DNA of 64,000 bases, taken from contig OZ024740.1 in the NCBI GenBank assembly GCA_964016885.1, positions 287,246,001-287,310,000 of the forward strand, written 5' to 3'. The stretch is from Eledone cirrhosa (lineage: Eukaryota). The notes beneath the pieces are model-generated. The model saw only the letters and a program-made list of their open reading frames with translations, was not told where the DNA came from and ran no database searches. The position numbers were made by a program, and so were the translations under genes. This document shows, piece after piece, positions 63,548-64,000 of this stretch (its first letter is position 1; each line of letters starts with the position of its first letter).

Positions 63548-63823
63548 GTGAGTCAGTTTTTAATCTTTGTGTGTGTGAATCAGACTGAATGCATCATCAT
63601 TGCCACCATTATCACCATCAACAACTGATGTGCCAGACTCCAGATCTGTATAACCTATTTTAGTATGGCCCATCAAATCTCAAAAAGTGATGATCATTAC
63701 CATTATCAACTGCTTAACATCTTTGTGTTGGCATAAGTTGAACATGTTAGCATAAACAATAAATGTCCAGTTGCCTCATTTTACTATTACTGCATAAGGT
63801 TTGGATAAATGGGGATGAACTTA

Positions 63824-63994
63824 ACGTATATACTCGAATATATGCCGAGTCCCCTACTTTATGTAAAAAATGGGCAAAAATCCAAACCCCATTTATAAGC
63901 TGTCAGTTAATCAACACATTATGTTTAGATGGTGAATATAAGCCCAACGGTTTTTTAGTCACATATTCCTTGGCTTATATTTGAGTATATACGG
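63824..63994. mobile_element. Tc1/mariner-type MITE (same family as 39597)
   Basis: CGTATATACTCGAATAT ... ATATTTGAGTATATACG TIRs. Confidence 0.7.
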
Positions 63995-64000
63995 TTTAAT

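Overview
AT-rich, repeat-dense animal genomic DNA. The SINE/RTE repeat make-up and abundant (TA)n/(CAT)n suggest an octopus-like cephalopod (inference). Three spliced host genes can be reconstructed with GT-AG, phase-consistent exons: (1) the last 7 coding exons of an ADP-ribosylglycohydrolase (ARH/DraG-fold) gene, + strand 4133-23206, whose metal-binding aspartates are degenerate; (2) a complete 5-exon UXT (prefoldin alpha-like) gene, - strand 43985-36781; (3) the first 5 exons of EMC3, + strand from 56430, continuing past the window. The rest is minisatellites and mobile DNA: a DD37D (maT) Tc1/mariner element, a near full-length RTE LINE plus fragments, CR1 and CRE LINE relics, two tRNA-derived SINE families, piggyBac-type and mariner-type MITEs, and a head-to-tail Helitron dimer. 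The most notable signal is non-coding: ten type I hammerhead-ribozyme motifs of four sequence families. Five of them sit one per unit in an array of five apparently identical 310-bp repeats (49661-51210), the architecture of a non-LTR retrozyme that would self-cleave into 310-nt monomers and possibly circular RNAs. Most of the others lie in Penelope-like inverted repeats. All are embedded in or next to (TA)n tracts, and nine are nested inside the Helitron between UXT and EMC3. All analysis was by eye; repeat boundaries are approximate.
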